NCBI RefSeq assembly: GCF_001447785.1
Contig: NW_015161419.1
Location: 6,327 to 70,326, forward strand
Direction of reading: 5' to 3'
Origin: Gekko japonicus
Taxonomy: Eukaryota
Length of the DNA: 64,000 nucleotides
A program made the position numbers and the translations under genes. Below are positions 13,488 to 26,759 of the stretch, in pieces. Position 1 is the first letter of the stretch, and every line of letters begins with the position of its first letter. Under the pieces are notes generated by a model. It was not told where the DNA came from. It was given only the letters and a program-made list of their open reading frames with translations, and made no database searches.

Positions 13488-13742
13488 AAAGCATATGGAG
13501 CAGAGGTCCATCACTGGCTATTAACCACAAGGTATAGATAGGGGCTCTGGGGCAAGTGATGCTCTGACTTTTTGGTGCTTGGGGGGGGGTTCAACAGTGG
13601 GAGGGCTTCTAATGTCCTGGCCCCACTGGTGGACCTCCTGATGGCACCTGGTATTTCTGGCCACTGTGTGATACAGAGTGTTGGACTGGATGGGCCTTTG
13701 GCCTGATCCAACATTGGCGTCTCTTATGTTTTTATGTTCTTA
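13488..13742 (+). mobile_element. CR1-type LINE 3' end
   Basis: Closely similar to 1830-2081; ends tcttatgtttttatgttctt. Confidence 0.8.
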
Positions 13743-14110
13743 ACAGTTACTGTTTACAGGACATTTGTATGAGTTTGGGGGCATCACTTTTAGTTATGTG
13801 AGTTTTCCAGACTGGAAGAAGTAGTAGTGGTGGCTGGATCATGCCCTATTCTTGAAATTAATCTCTCTGAAAGTCCATTGAGTTTTGTGTGAGCACAGAA
13901 AGGCAAGAGCTCCCATTAATTACTGTGGGGTTTATACAGGAGAATTTACTGGTGGATCGTGTGCAAAAGCTTTAAAAATCTTTAGAAGCAGTTCCATGTT
14001 CTGAACTGCTGTGCAAAATCACCACACAGGTGTTTTAGGTGTTTCCAGTGAAACGATGGATTTTTAAAAAATCTTCCAGTTTAGGTTAAGTATAATAGTC
14101 ATTCAGACTG

Positions 14111-14350
14111 TGCTGCAGTCAGTGAACAGAGTGCTGGTCTTGAACCAGAGAGACCTCAGCCATGAAACATACTGCCCTAGCTAGCCCATCTTTCCCTCGT
14201 TCTCTTTCCCNNNNNNNNNNNNNNNNNNNNCTTTCCCTCTGAACCTAACCTTTCTGTCTTACCTGGTTGTTTTGATGAAATAGAAACACATATGTATGTG
14301 ACACCTGGAGCTGCTTGGATTAATGGTGGTATAAAAATGTAAAAAATAAA
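14111..14350 (+). mobile_element. Degenerate tRNA-derived SINE interrupted by a 20-N gap (14211-14230)
   Basis: Decayed match to the SINE core (aacctaacct...tggttgttttgatgaaat) and an A-rich tail. Confidence 0.5.
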
Positions 14351-15340
14351 GTGAACTATTGAGGGATTATGCATTAAGCTTCATGTCCCTAAAATTCATC
14401 TTGAGTGCTAAAAATACAATATGCATTGTCAGGAGTTATGTACCTTATGGATTTAACATTGAACAGGTGGCAGTAGCAGTACTCCAACAACTATTACAGT
14501 CATGCTTCAGGTAGGTTAAAGTACAGGTCACCACCTCAATCAGTTGCCTGGCCAGCCGCTTGCATCAGTCTCACTGTGCAGTGTGCTGCAAACAAGGAGC
14601 TCTGAGCCCCGTACGGTAGGGACAGGGCAAAAATGCACAGCCTTTGCTACTTGCAGCTCTTCTGCACTCAGCCTCATCACACTTGCAGCAGTGGTAACAG
14701 TTGGAAGGTTTGCTGCAACCACAGGTATAGATGGCGTACTTTCTTGCACTGAAGAGAATGTTGCTAGCATATACTAATCTGCATCCTTGGAACAAGTCTT
14801 GTCAAAAGTACATCTGCAGAAAACTGCTAACAAAATATAATATAAACAATGTTTTTGGAATGGAATACATTTTTGGCATGGCCTTCCATTTGTCTTTCAG
14901 CCTCTTGCTAAAAACAATGAAATAGAAGGGAGAAAAGCTGTTTAATAGTCTCTGTGTCTTGTCATATTTATATGTGTAGAAGCAACTCTGGTGTGTTATT
15001 TTGTAGTATTGTGAGAATCCTGTTCTAGATTTCCTGCAGTGCCTGTATAGGCCTTGCAGTCAGAGGGCTGAGAAATCTTCCTACACAAGCTGCCTGCTCT
15101 TGCTGCTGCTCAGTTTTTTGTTTGTTTAAACTACCGCTGCTTCTCTGATCAGGACCAACATACAAAAAGTCCTTAGTCAATGGAAGGAAGAAAGGCTGTG
15201 AAGAATGTTTGATGCTTTCCCCTTTCTCTGTCTTTCACTGCTGTTAAAAGGGAGAGGAAGCATATAGAAAAGGACACAGTGATAGAGGATGAGATGATAT
15301 AGAGACGAATCTTTCTTAAGAAAGCTATTTTTGCCAGCTA

Positions 15341-15525
15341 GCCTGATCTTGTCAGATCTTGGAAGCTAAGCAGGGTTGACCCTGGTTAGTACTTGGATGG
15401 GAGACCACCAAGGAAGCCCAGAGTTGCTATGTAGAGGCAGGGCATGGCAAACCACATCTGAAGTCTCTTGCCTTGAAACCCCTATAAAGTTGCCATAAGT
15501 CAGCTGTGACTTGATGGCAAAAAAC
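15341..15525 (+). mobile_element. 5S rRNA-derived SINE with RTE-like tail
   Basis: gcctgatcttgtcagatcttggaagctaagcaggg...ctggttagtacttggatgggagacc matches the 5S internal control region. It is followed by non-5S ggcaaaccac...gccataagtcagctgtgacttga; the same tail recurs at ~59610-59665. Confidence 0.8.
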
Positions 15526-16480
15526 ACACAAGAACGAAGCCACATAAAATGGATTATCTGAGGAAAAGATAGGACAACTTAATTCCGATTGGATATTGCT
15601 TATTGTGTTGTCTTTTTAAAATACACCACAGTTGCTGTGGCTTCACAAATAGAAATGTGGCAAAAATTCTGTACCTGTCACAATTATAAAGCAGTATTAT
15701 TCTGTTTCAACTTTTAGCATAATCCCATCTAGATCTAGAAAACACATAGCTGTTTGTAACAGTGTGCTGTTAGTTGTAGAGAAGCTTCCATAAATTTAGC
15801 TTGTTGTTGAGTTATGGGCAACTTAATCACTGACCCCTGATGATGCAAAAATTGGCTTAAAGGACATCTTTGCTCTCTCTCTCGAGCTTCCTCTCAAGAG
15901 ATGCGGCACAAATAGTTTAAGGAAAAAAATTGGCATGATGAGAAATCAGAGTGATTAAGCTTGAAAATAGTACCGAGCGTGCTTATCACCTTAATGTCAC
16001 CGTAAGTTTTATAGAGGCCAAGACATGGTCTGTTTGCCTTACTCTATGGCATGTGTAATGTCATTAAGTTCACCGTTTTCAATTACTGTGATATTTTGCA
16101 ACAATGTGGTAAGGATGCTGTATCTGTGGCCCTTATCTCTTTGTCATTTAGCAAGGATGTATCACAACCAGGAAGGCTGTTATTTGTTTTGTGATGCTGG
16201 AAAAGGTTTTTTATGTTCAGATGAGGAAGACCTACCATGTCCCCAAGAACTGTGGGATATGTTTGCTGTTGCACTGTGACAGGTGTAGGTATGTTGATCT
16301 CACACACCCCAGACATTTTTATTAATTATTCAGTCTCTGTACTATAAGATAAGCAAGTTGTTGCTTTATATGCACTAACTGCTGTTGGATTTGTGTTTGC
16401 AAAGACCTAGACACAACAAAAATATTCTTAAGAAGGAGGAATGGTTTAGGGAAGCTAAAGATTTCTTTGTTTAAACTCAT

Positions 16481-16670
16481 AGATCTTCAAAGCAGTTTAC
16501 ATTGTTGTCCTCTGCTCCATTTCATCCTCACAACAACCCTGTGAGTAAGGTTAGGCTAAGAGTGTATGACTGGCCCCGGGTCACCCAGCAAGCTTCCATG
16601 GCGCGAGTGGGGATTTGAACCTGGGTTTCCCAGATCCTAGTCCAACACTTAAACCGCTGTATGCTGGCTC
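16481..16670 (-). mobile_element. tRNA-derived (CORE/MIR-like) SINE
   Basis: atcctcacaacaaccctgtgag...ggttaggct...gggatttgaacctggg, with the B box on the minus strand. Confidence 0.8.
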
Positions 16671-17669
16671 TGTTATCGGGATGCTCAAATTAGAAAACGT
16701 CTGAAAGAATGTGATTACTGGGATGAACTCTATGAAAACTGTTCCTTATTAGAACTTTAAAAATAAATGTATTGACATGAGTACATAAAATACCTTTTAA
16801 AACAAAGTTAAAAAAAAAAACACCAAGTAATAAAAATTGTGCTTGAATTGTGGTTTGCCACATAGGTCAGACTTGTTCATACATCTTCCGCAACATATTG
16901 TCTCTCTTTTGCCATTTTTTAACTTAAAATATTGAGTTTACTAGACACACCTTAATTCAGTAATAATTTCCAGTATATATCTAGCCAAGCCTTTTGCAAA
17001 TCTAATCTAATTAATACATATAACTCCCTAGCCTTATCTAACCACTCACTTTCTTGAGGTCCAGTTCTTCTTCTTTGAATTGCTTGCAAAACCCAACTGA
17101 AATGCAGTATATTATATATACCTGTTTTCTTTTATTTCATATGACGTTATTTTTGTATAAAGCTTTAAAAAAGCAATGTTATTTTTAAAATATTAAAAGA
17201 GAAATGTCTCTTTGGGAGGCACAAGGCTTGGTGTACTTGCTATTGCCCTTGGTAGTTGTTGCTCTTGCTTATCATAGATTCATTTCAGCCCAGGTAATGA
17301 ATGGGGAAATGTTTGTCCAAGTTCTCTGTTTTATTTTGTGGCATAGCACAGGTGAATATTCCAAATCACTGACAAAAAATAGCATTTGTTTCCATTTTCT
17401 TGTTTATTTTAATACCATTCCACAGTAGCAGTGTTGTAGAAATGCTGAAGCATCTGTAACTTTATTCTATACATTTACAAAAATGAATGGCAAATATTGT
17501 AGATCTTGAAGGTTGGCACTGAATATTTGATTCCTTTGTTTTAAAAATAATTCCTCTTGCTTATGTACTTCTGGCGAGGGTTCTTAATCTTGACTTTAGC
17601 TATTTATGTAGAACATTTTATCTTCCACCTCTATTTAAAATAGCAATCAAGGTGTCTTACGACAACAAT

Positions 17670-18411
17670 TGTAGATGTTGCTGAATGTGTTTATTGATGA
17701 CTGGGAAGAAGAAGCACATGTTAGCCATTGTGGGCAGAGGCAACAACCAAGAAGAAGAAATTCCCCCATTGCTGAGGAGACTAGATGTCACGCAGAACCT
17801 GATCTGCATCTGAATTGCTGTTTCCTGTTGATGGTGCCTGGTCTGCCTGGTAAAACCAAGATTCATCTGCACATCAAGGAGGGCACAGGAAGCCAAGACT
17901 TCACACCTGGCCAGATGGTGTTCCATGAGATAGAGTATAGTATTTAAAATATTGGCCCAACCCATAGAATACCTGCCCCTTTCTACATGCACCAATGAGG
18001 GAGGTCATGGGATGGACTTGTAAGTAGGTGGGATTACAGTTTGGCAAGGTGCCACCCACCTGGAGATTCAACTATAAAAGTAAAGACCAAACTTTAGGTC
18101 TTTGCTAGCCATATCCCTTCTCAACGTCCTCTATCTTCTTTTCTACCCCTAAGGTCCAGCTTCCTATCCAACAATCCCTTTGTCTACTTGTAACTCTAAA
18201 GGAACCTTGATTGTATGCGGATGTGAGACTGATTTTGTGTGTATGTGATTTCGATATTGCTCAGTAAAAAGACAATTTGTTTTGGAAAAACACCAGTCTC
18301 GTCTCCATCACTGGTACTCTCTGGTGCTGGCAGAACCTCCGTAAACTTTGGCAAGGACTCACGTTAAATTTAGTTAGCCATCTGCTGTAAATAAAGCGAT
18401 TGGCGTTAACA
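17670..18411 (+). mobile_element. Probable solo LTR, same family as 11960-12991 but lacking ~200 bp
   Basis: Shared blocks (agaagaagcacatgt..., ctcacgttaaatttagttagccatctgctgtaaataaagcgattggcgt); ends in CA. Confidence 0.65.
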
Positions 18412-19689
18412 ATTAAGTCTGTCAAACTAAAAAGGTGATGACAAGAAACAAAATAAAACTTTGGAAGTTCAAATGTAGTTCAGAAACTTAAATCATAGTA
18501 ATTGCTGGTAGAACTTTTATTGTTTTGAGTCATTACATAAATAGTTGAAACTTTGAGGTGGAGCTACTAAGAGCTTGGAGCTTTAAGATGAGATATAAAT
18601 CTTACTAATTCTGAGAAATCTGACATGAAATGCATTTGTTGCTGCTTTGTTCATTGGAAAGAATTCTTAATAAATGTGAGGGTAAAGGAAGCAGAACCAG
18701 AGTTTTTTTCAGGGAAAACTTAAAATAGTTTTGATGAGAACAGTGCCTAGGTCTGGTACGTGCCTATAGATATTTTTTAAATTGTTTTTGTACACCTCAT
18801 GATTAATCCCTTGCCTTGTACAATAGGATTGACTGTACTAAAAATACAGATAGTTCTTAATACATTTTGATACTAATGTAAAATACTTATGGAATGGGAA
18901 ATAGCATGCCTGCTCTAGAATCAGCAAGACTGACTCCTTACCACAGTGGTCAGTCTATGAGGGGAGGAGGCAGAGACAATCCCAAATGTTGAGCTGGCCT
19001 GTTGCTTTTGTTCTGCTCTACCATGTTCAAAGAAAATGAATCATTCCCTAGGGAAGTATTTTCAGCTCACGCATGTAGAGAGCTGCTTTTATAGAAAGCA
19101 TCATTGTGTGTGTAGTACTTAAGGCATGCTCGTTGTTTGTAAGCTTAGCGTACACATTAAAGTTGCTGACTTACAATACTCCAGTTATTTAAAATTTATT
19201 TATATTCTCTGGTCTTAGTAAACTGTTATAAGTAGGTATTAGGTTGCTATTTTTAATGACTGTAGAGATCAGCATGGTAGAAGAAGGGAATTTACAGTCG
19301 TGGAATGCCCTGGGTCTAGGAAGGGATGCAGAGGCAGGCTGTCAAGCCACCTCTCTGAAAAACGTCCAAGCCCCCAGTAGCAGTCGCCAGAAGCTGCCAT
19401 GACTTCCAGGCATGCAACACACACATAAATACATAAAAATATCCACCAAAAAAGGAAGTAGCCCTCTCTGTCTTACAACTTCTGGAAGTTGCTGCGAGTT
19501 GAACCTGGAACCTTATACTTGCAAAGCATGTATTGTACAAATGAGTGGTGGTTCAGCCCTAAGGCTTCAGTACCATTCTTCTTGCCTTCTCCTTCTCAGC
19601 TGCAAACTGAGCTGGTACTGCCTTGGCAGCCCTCTAACCTGAATCCTCAGTTCTGGGTTCACTCCTTAGGCAGAAGATGTTTGAACTTT

Positions 19690-19795
19690 ATGTATGTATG
19701 TATGTATGTATGTATGTATGTATGTATGTATGTATTTTATTTAATTTATATCCTGCCCTCCCTGATGAAGCAGGCTCAGGGTGGCTTACATACAA
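19690..19795 (-). repeat. (TATG)n microsatellite forming the tail of an L2-type 3' end
   Basis: About 11 TATG units followed by tttatttaatttatatcctgccctccc...gcaggctcagggtggcttaca, which resembles 41785-41845. Confidence 0.7.
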
Positions 19796-22324
19796 TTTTG
19801 TGGAATAAATGGTTAAACCATTTTTTCTCCAATCCTATTCAGCATTATGCAGGAAATTAACTTGTAGAGGTGCAGAGTGTGAAGGATAGCTAGGGAATAA
19901 TTGATATTGGGAGGATAGGTAAGTGTTAAATGATTAAATGTAGATATGTGCAAAGGAGGGATGCAGTAAAGGGAATTGTGAATATGGCACCTATTTCTTA
20001 ATCCCAAAGGTAATTAAACGCATTTCCTGCTTTCTGATTATTTGGTACTAATTGGACTGAGTCCTCAAACGGAAAAGCGGGATAAGCAATACATTTAGTA
20101 TGAGACATCAGGCACATTATGAGCTGTCTCTTTCTATTTGTATCAGGTTTGTGTATTTTCTTTGTGTTGTTACTCTGGAGTTTCAGGGTGGGCAGGCTAC
20201 AAATATGCGTATGTAACAGATAAGGGACAAGATGCAAAATTGGAGGGAGTGACTGACCAATGAGTTAGGATATTTTATTGAAGTTGGTGGCATTTGCCAA
20301 TGTAAATTGTTTTTCCCCCACCCCTGAACTTATGTTAATGGCATAGAATACATCGATAGAGATGAAATAAAAGTGCTCAGAAAAGAAAAGCTTTACTCAA
20401 AAGCTGAAGGACTTTATTAGTAGAGAGGTGAGAAAACCCATAGCTAGTTACAGAAATAATTTAAAAAATACTTTGTCCAGCAGCAGCAAAACCCAATTTC
20501 TGTCTTGTCACTACAGTATCATTTATGTATTTATAATATACATATAAGCTCACTCTCTTGCTTACTTTGCTTTAATCCATAGTGGTCTTTCTTCCTGTTT
20601 GTTCATTCAGATTTCTTGAACTGAAGCTGATTTCATTTGTATTCCTGGTTCTCATTCTGCTACACAGGAGCACCATGATGCTTCAAACTCCAGACAGAAC
20701 TCTTAGAATAGCACTGGATAGCAAGGAGATTGATCCTATATGAGTGGTGGAAGATGAAGCTTGCTCTTGCCATGTGTGATGCTTACACATCTGGGCCACA
20801 TGTGAACTGGTAGTTTCACTTATTAAACATCCTATAGAATAGTGCATGAGCTAAAGCTATCCAAACTGTATTATATTGTCACTGCAGTGTACCTATTGCA
20901 CCACCACCACCCTGACCAGGATGACTGCAATTGCTAAACTTTTGTACGCTCATATTTTTTGATCCATGGGGTTCCCATTTCACAAGTATTGAGTAACAGC
21001 AAGTTTTCCCCCAAGGAACATTTATACGTGAAAACGGATTAAGTTGATCCAGTACAGCATTATTTATTTAATGTATTCATGTAGCTGAATATGTTTGGAA
21101 ACAAATTAAATATATCAAATATTGCCAACTCTCTGATTTCTGTAGTCTGTTCCATTCTGTCTGCAACTCTAACCACACATATGTGTAACTGCTTTGGGCT
21201 TCAGTGAAACTTTCTCACAAATTAAATGTGTTTGGGAGTTGGGCCAATGTATCTGTATGTGTTCTGAAATCCAGAGCTCCTTGAGTTAATTGCCTCTGGA
21301 GAATCATGGTTCTTATCTACAAGAGAAATGCAGACAAACAGCTGAATTTAAAAGTATTTAGTTAAGTAGAAAACATTCCTGTCTTAACAAATCTGAAAGG
21401 CCGTTTTGGGGTTTCTGATTAAGGCTGGCTGTATAGCGTTGCAAGGCAGTGAAAAGACGAAGATGTTCAAAGTTATCATTCCTACTTCTTTGTTTTCTCC
21501 TCTGAAGCCCTTCTGGTTCATGTTACTGCTGCTGATGTGAATGCTTTTCTGTGCTTGGAGAGGAGGAGCTTAAAGGTCCTTGATGTAAAGGCTGCTTCAC
21601 ACATTTCTCCAAGATGGATATCACTTCAGTGTAAGAAAGCACGTATTATGTTTCATCTTGTTTGTGGAGAACATGTACTACTTTTCTTATATGAACATAT
21701 GCTGGAAATATGCAGCTGAAGAAAAAATACCTTGTGTGGAGCAATTCTAAGTTTCTTCTTGGAGCCTGAGAACTGCCCTTTGTTTGGTATTTTTTTGAGG
21801 GAGGAAGGCACTGGCACAGAAAGCAGTAAAGATGAAAATTTGGAGAAACACAGTTATGGACTGGGCATGATGCTGCTGCTGTATCATAATTATATCGTTC
21901 GCTATTTCAATGGCTTTAGAACCAGCAACAATGGCTGATAGGCCCCAAAGCAACTGCAAGTGAGGGTCTAAAACTGGGTAACTCTGCTCTTACTAGTAAC
22001 TTCAGGCTTGCAGTGAATGTTCCGTTTTCGCATCCACTTTGCCACATGACAGCTGTACGTCACCTTGGTGGTGAGATGCTGCTATCACAAGTGGCAGTGA
22101 TCACACAATGAGTGATGGTGCACACAACCCTGTATGCAATATGTTTTGTCACACCAGTGCTTGTCGTAGTAATGGCTCAGGCTGCGTTGTAAAGTGACTG
22201 CCACACTATCAAACGACTGAAATGTTAATCTATGCTATTGCATCTGTCTTAAAAAGTAAGTTTTATCGGCAGACATCACGTAATAGTAAATGTTAAACAT
22301 TTAAATTTTAAAGTAACAAAGTCT

Positions 22325-22508
22325 AATTTTTCCATAAGACTAATGCATTTATTGCGGCATAAGCTTTCTTGAGCCTGTTTTGTCAGATCTAATGAAGCGG
22401 GCTCTAATTCACGAATGCTTATTCCACAATAAATTCATTTGTATTTCAGGTGCCATGAGAATCTTCCTTATTTTGGCTGCAGCAGGCTAACTTAGCAACC
22501 TCTCTAGA
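22325..22508. mobile_element. Degenerate Penelope-derived inverted-repeat remnant
   Basis: agactaa...tttatt..ggcataagcttt / cacgaatgcttattccacaataaa...ggtgcca. The hammerhead-like core is decayed (ctaatga...cgaat). Confidence 0.6.
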
Positions 22509-24225
22509 TATTAAACACTTGTAAATGCTTAGCACACTCATCGTTATCCTTTCATGTGATGATGTATTTTCTAGGGGAGAAAAGCATAACTAAGGGCAAT
22601 GGTAAAGTTCAGTGGCTTTTCTTTGAGGCGTGTATTTTGACAGTCATGTTTTGGTTAATGGCTGCAGTTTCAAAAAAGCAGACACATTTTGTATGAATTG
22701 AGAGTGAAGCATCAGAAGAGGGCTTGTTGGCCTAATGAGACTGTGCTGCAGAAAATCACAATGCAAACATTTTTATAGCAGTATTGTGTTGTGCTTTAGT
22801 ATTCTGCAGAATACAGTGGAAATAATAAGGTTTTAAAAATGTGGAAAAGATGTGCATAAACTAGCTGGATTGTGAAGAACTATGCAGAACCTGAGAAATA
22901 CTTAAAATGCTTTAACTGGCTAAATAAACTGGCATGCAAAGCCTTTCTTTAAAGACACATCAGAAGTTGATAAAACGTGCTTTGGACTGGTGGCTTTGCA
23001 GTGGAGTACCCAAAGACAACTGAACGCCTCTTGAAAAGTAATATACGAGTACCATTCAGTAGTACAAAATGCAAACTGCAGCGTCACTCAGAGGCTTACA
23101 GTTCTCCCTTGGTTACTCATTGCTGAGCCTTCTTTCATCCACAGCTCTGAAAGTGTTAAAATCAGCCCAAATGCACCACCAGGGAATACATCTTTCTGTA
23201 CTCAAGTGCTTCATTTTATAGACACAGCTTATACCAATTATTTGAGCATATTAACTCTTCCCATTTACTGTTTTGTCTTGTTGATTATGAAGACAGGGCA
23301 CCATTTCTTCTATTCTGGGTGGGGTGGTGAATTATGAAGGGAGAAATTCACTTAAAACAGTGCTTGTGTTCATAAATTCCTCTGCTTCCTTAGCTTTGCT
23401 AGTGACTGCAAAAAAGTTCCAGCAGTTCATATTTTGTATGTGGATGTTCCTTCATTCCCCCCCCCCCTACTTTATCCATTGTCTGGTCATTGCTTTTGTT
23501 GTCTTTGTTTTATAAGTTTGTGCTGGAAGAACAAGTCAGGTTAAGAAAGCAGTTATACAGTTCCTTACCAGCATCTGGACCTTCCTAAGAAATTACTTGG
23601 AAAGAAGGTGGTTGTCAGTATGTGTCACAGTTACATAAGATGATAGCCATATCACCCGAGATACGTAGATTTCAGGCACATTGTGCTCATGACCTTTTTG
23701 TAAACCTCAGCAATGTGGCATAATCCAAGATGTAAGAATAGCTAAAGCCATCAAATCACTCCCTTACAATCAGTTCTGTGTTGCAGTTCTGTGTACAAGC
23801 TTTCTTAACAGCATACTCATAAAGGAGAGTAGAGTACTGTATGATGTCCTTATCCAGATCTGTTGGGTCCATCTGCTTACTATTTTATTAGAAACTAGCC
23901 TGATAACTGTGCTTTGCTACGGTATTTAAGTTCCGTAAATCCAGTTATAAGACTGATGATGTGAAATTTGAAATGTGACATTTGTTGTAGGAATTCTAAT
24001 GGAGAAGATTGTAGTGTAAGAAATGAAGTGAGACATACATAGTTTTCTCTCTCTCTACTGAAGGACCTCTCTCTAGACCACATTGGTGGTTCTGCCCCCA
24101 GATGCTAGGATCACCAGGCTGCTTGATGAGCTCACTCTGGAACAGGCAACATAGAACTGTCCATTTAAGAAGCAGTCGTCTGTTAAGTCAGTTCCTGCCA
24201 CCTTCCATGAAAGTGATGGCCTCTC

Positions 24226-24949
24226 TACTTGTGTTCCTGGATTGCTTTACTCGTATGGAGACTGTGTTGTTCTGAGCACCTCAGGGTGATCTTTCTGGTA
24301 CTTGGCCTGCGCAGCTCAGTGCTCCACAGGAGTACTATGTGCAAATGTCTTTGCATTCCTAAATTGCCTTCTCCGGGCAGCTGCCTGTCCAGTGTGGGAG
24401 GGGGAGGAGTATTAGAAGCCACTGTGGAGGCGGGGCTGGCAGGATTACTAATGCGTTACTGCTGGGGCGGGCTCCCTTGTGGCTTTAAGCATCCTGCGAC
24501 CGCTGCTGCACCTGACAGACAACCGCCTGTTAGGTGTAGGAGGTGGAGGGAGTGTATTGGAAGCCATCAGAGAGGCTGGGCCAGCAGCATTACTGCACCT
24601 CACAGGTGGTTGTTGGCCATTCCTGATTTCCTCAACTGTCATTAGCTGTCTGCAGTCTCCTGTAACTGTTGGGTTTTTTAACCTCAGAACACTGAGCTCC
24701 GCAGCTGACTAATCAGAGGGTAGGGGGGTGCAAGAAGGCAGAAGCCTGGCAGCCACATAGGAATCAATGGGGGGAGCATATTTTCCCCCTTTTGACCCAC
24801 TTAGGGGTCGAATTTCTAAAAATCCCTTCTTAGCGAGCACCTACGCCACAGTGGGAGTGCTCTCCCCGAATTTGGTTCTCTAGGTCCAGCGGTTTGGCCT
24901 GGGCATTGATTTTACAGTGAGGGGACTTTCTTTTATTTATATAGATAGA
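24226..24949 (-). mobile_element. Non-autonomous Helitron-like element (second family)
   Basis: The minus strand starts A|TCTATCTATATAAATAAAAG...caggccaaaccgctggacctagagaaccaaattcgg...taagaagggatttttagaaattcgacccctaag, which resembles animal Helitron 5' termini as I recall them. The 3' end is degenerate. Confidence 0.6.
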
Positions 24950-25118
24950 TGAGATGTTCTGAGTGTTCTCTCACTTGATATTTTTAAGGACATGTCAGAT
25001 CCCTTCTCTGTCTAAAGTTTGGATGAGTGGATGGAAGAATAAGACACTTACGTTATGGTACTCTCTCTCCAGAAAAGTTTTATTAGGCTGGTTTGGGGTT
25101 TTTAAAACATATTTTGTT

Positions 25119-25246
25119 GTCATAGATGCAACAAACATGAAATTGAGCCAACTTCAGAGGACGGCGGAAGACAGGAAGGCCTAGCGTGATCTGGTCCATG
25201 GAGTCGCAAAGAGTCAAACTCAACTGTGCGACTGAACAACAAAAAA
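25119..25246 (+). mobile_element. Bov-B/RTE LINE 3' end
   Basis: gacaggaaggcctagcgtg...gtccatggagtcgcaaagagtc...gcgactgaacaacaa is the typical Bov-B 3' terminus. Confidence 0.8.
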
Positions 25247-26759
25247 GCATCTTTTAAAAACTTCTTTATGTTGGTAGATGTTCTGGACTTTGCCTTGAGT
25301 ATGTATTCTAAGACTTTATCACTGCAGAAAAAATAGCATTATGGTGTGCTGTTTAGTCCCCTAAATTTGAGTTGCTGTAAAGAGATTTAATTGTATTGTT
25401 TTTCTATTTGATTTCTTGTAAACTGCCATAAAAATTCTGTGGAGCAATTCTGGTGGGATAAATAGAAAAGGAAGGATAAATACTTATAAGTGGTTCAAAG
25501 TAAATTTAGAAGCTTATCCAGTTAAGATTCAGGGACAACCATGTATGGTTAAATATAACAGCTGTACATTTTACCTAGTTAGAGTTTTTGGTCACTAACA
25601 GGCTTTGGAACCAACTTGTATGTCTGCCTTGCCCTGAAGGATCCTGATCAAAAAGCTATTTATCAGTGGTAATGACCTCATGGAGGATCTGTGTTCAGAA
25701 AGATGTTTCAGGCAAAAATATTTGGAAAGATTTGTTAATGTATAAATTATGTGCATAAAGGAGAATCATGTTCAACATTATGTCTACCCAGTGTTTATAT
25801 GCCATTAGAACCAAAATTCTTGTAACATTACTGATTATATAATTGATTGAGGCAGTTTTTCTCTGTGGAACACTTTATTGTCTAGTCTTCCAACCCATCA
25901 TTATTTTGCACTGCAGATCAAATCAAATACAGGTCCTGTCGTAAAAAAATTAAGTGATGTCATAATGTCCACCCAAGTAATAAATGTAGTGAGGGTTCTT
26001 TGGGGTCTGGATTCAGTAAACAGCCTTTTTAAAAATATAAAAGTAAGTTGCATTTCAGTTTGATCACAATTCTTAATGTATAATCTAAAAGCCTGTTTTT
26101 CTTAATCACTATTCTGGTTTGCTACACAAGAGGGGGGACTTAATTATCTTTGCATTTTTAAGCTGCAAGTGAAGCTAAGTGAAATAAATTAATATATTGT
26201 GTGGTGCCCATTAATAGGCTTCGTTAATTTTTTAAAACTAGAACATTTATTGAACCTCTATCTGGCTTTTAAATTACATTCCAAAGTATGGTTATAATTA
26301 TAATCAGAGTTGTTGTTTTTTTTGTTGTGTATGTTTTTTTAAGTCAGTGGGCTTAGAGTGCAACTGTTCAGGATAACATGGTTAATGTCTTATGATCAGG
26401 GCAGTGGCAGTCTACACATCTGTTAACACTGAAGTTGCATTGTAAAATGGCAGCTATTACTGAACACCATCTTTTAAGGTCATAGGCCATTATAAGCCTC
26501 CTGCTGTTGTCCCTCATCATAAACTTCAGATATGCCCATAGTGCATATTTTAGAAGTTACTTAGTTTAATTAGCTGAGTTTGAAGAAGCAGGCCAAGTAC
26601 ACCAATGGTTCTTTTGCAGTTGTTTGGTTTTTATTATAGGCAGTAAGAATTGCTTGGGCCTAGCAAAAAGCTGTGAAGTAAAATATATTATCTCAAATTT
26701 TATTGTTTGCTTATAGCTATGAATCCTTTTTATCATGTTAAAATTCACTTATTTCAAAT

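Noticed and set aside
15341-15440. Functional 5S rRNA gene
   Set aside because: It lacks the 5S 5' and 3' ends, has many substitutions and runs into a retroposon tail.
11960-18411. Two co-oriented related LTRs ~5 kb apart, suggesting a full provirus
   Set aside because: The copies are clearly diverged and differ by a ~200-bp indel. No PBS follows the first, there are no gag/pol remnants between them, and there is no shared TSD. Independent solo LTRs fit better.
22380-22430. Additional hammerhead ribozymes (also ~62343-62385)
   Set aside because: Core bases are mutated (CTAATGA/GAAT; CTGACAA/CAAA), so they are predicted to be inactive.
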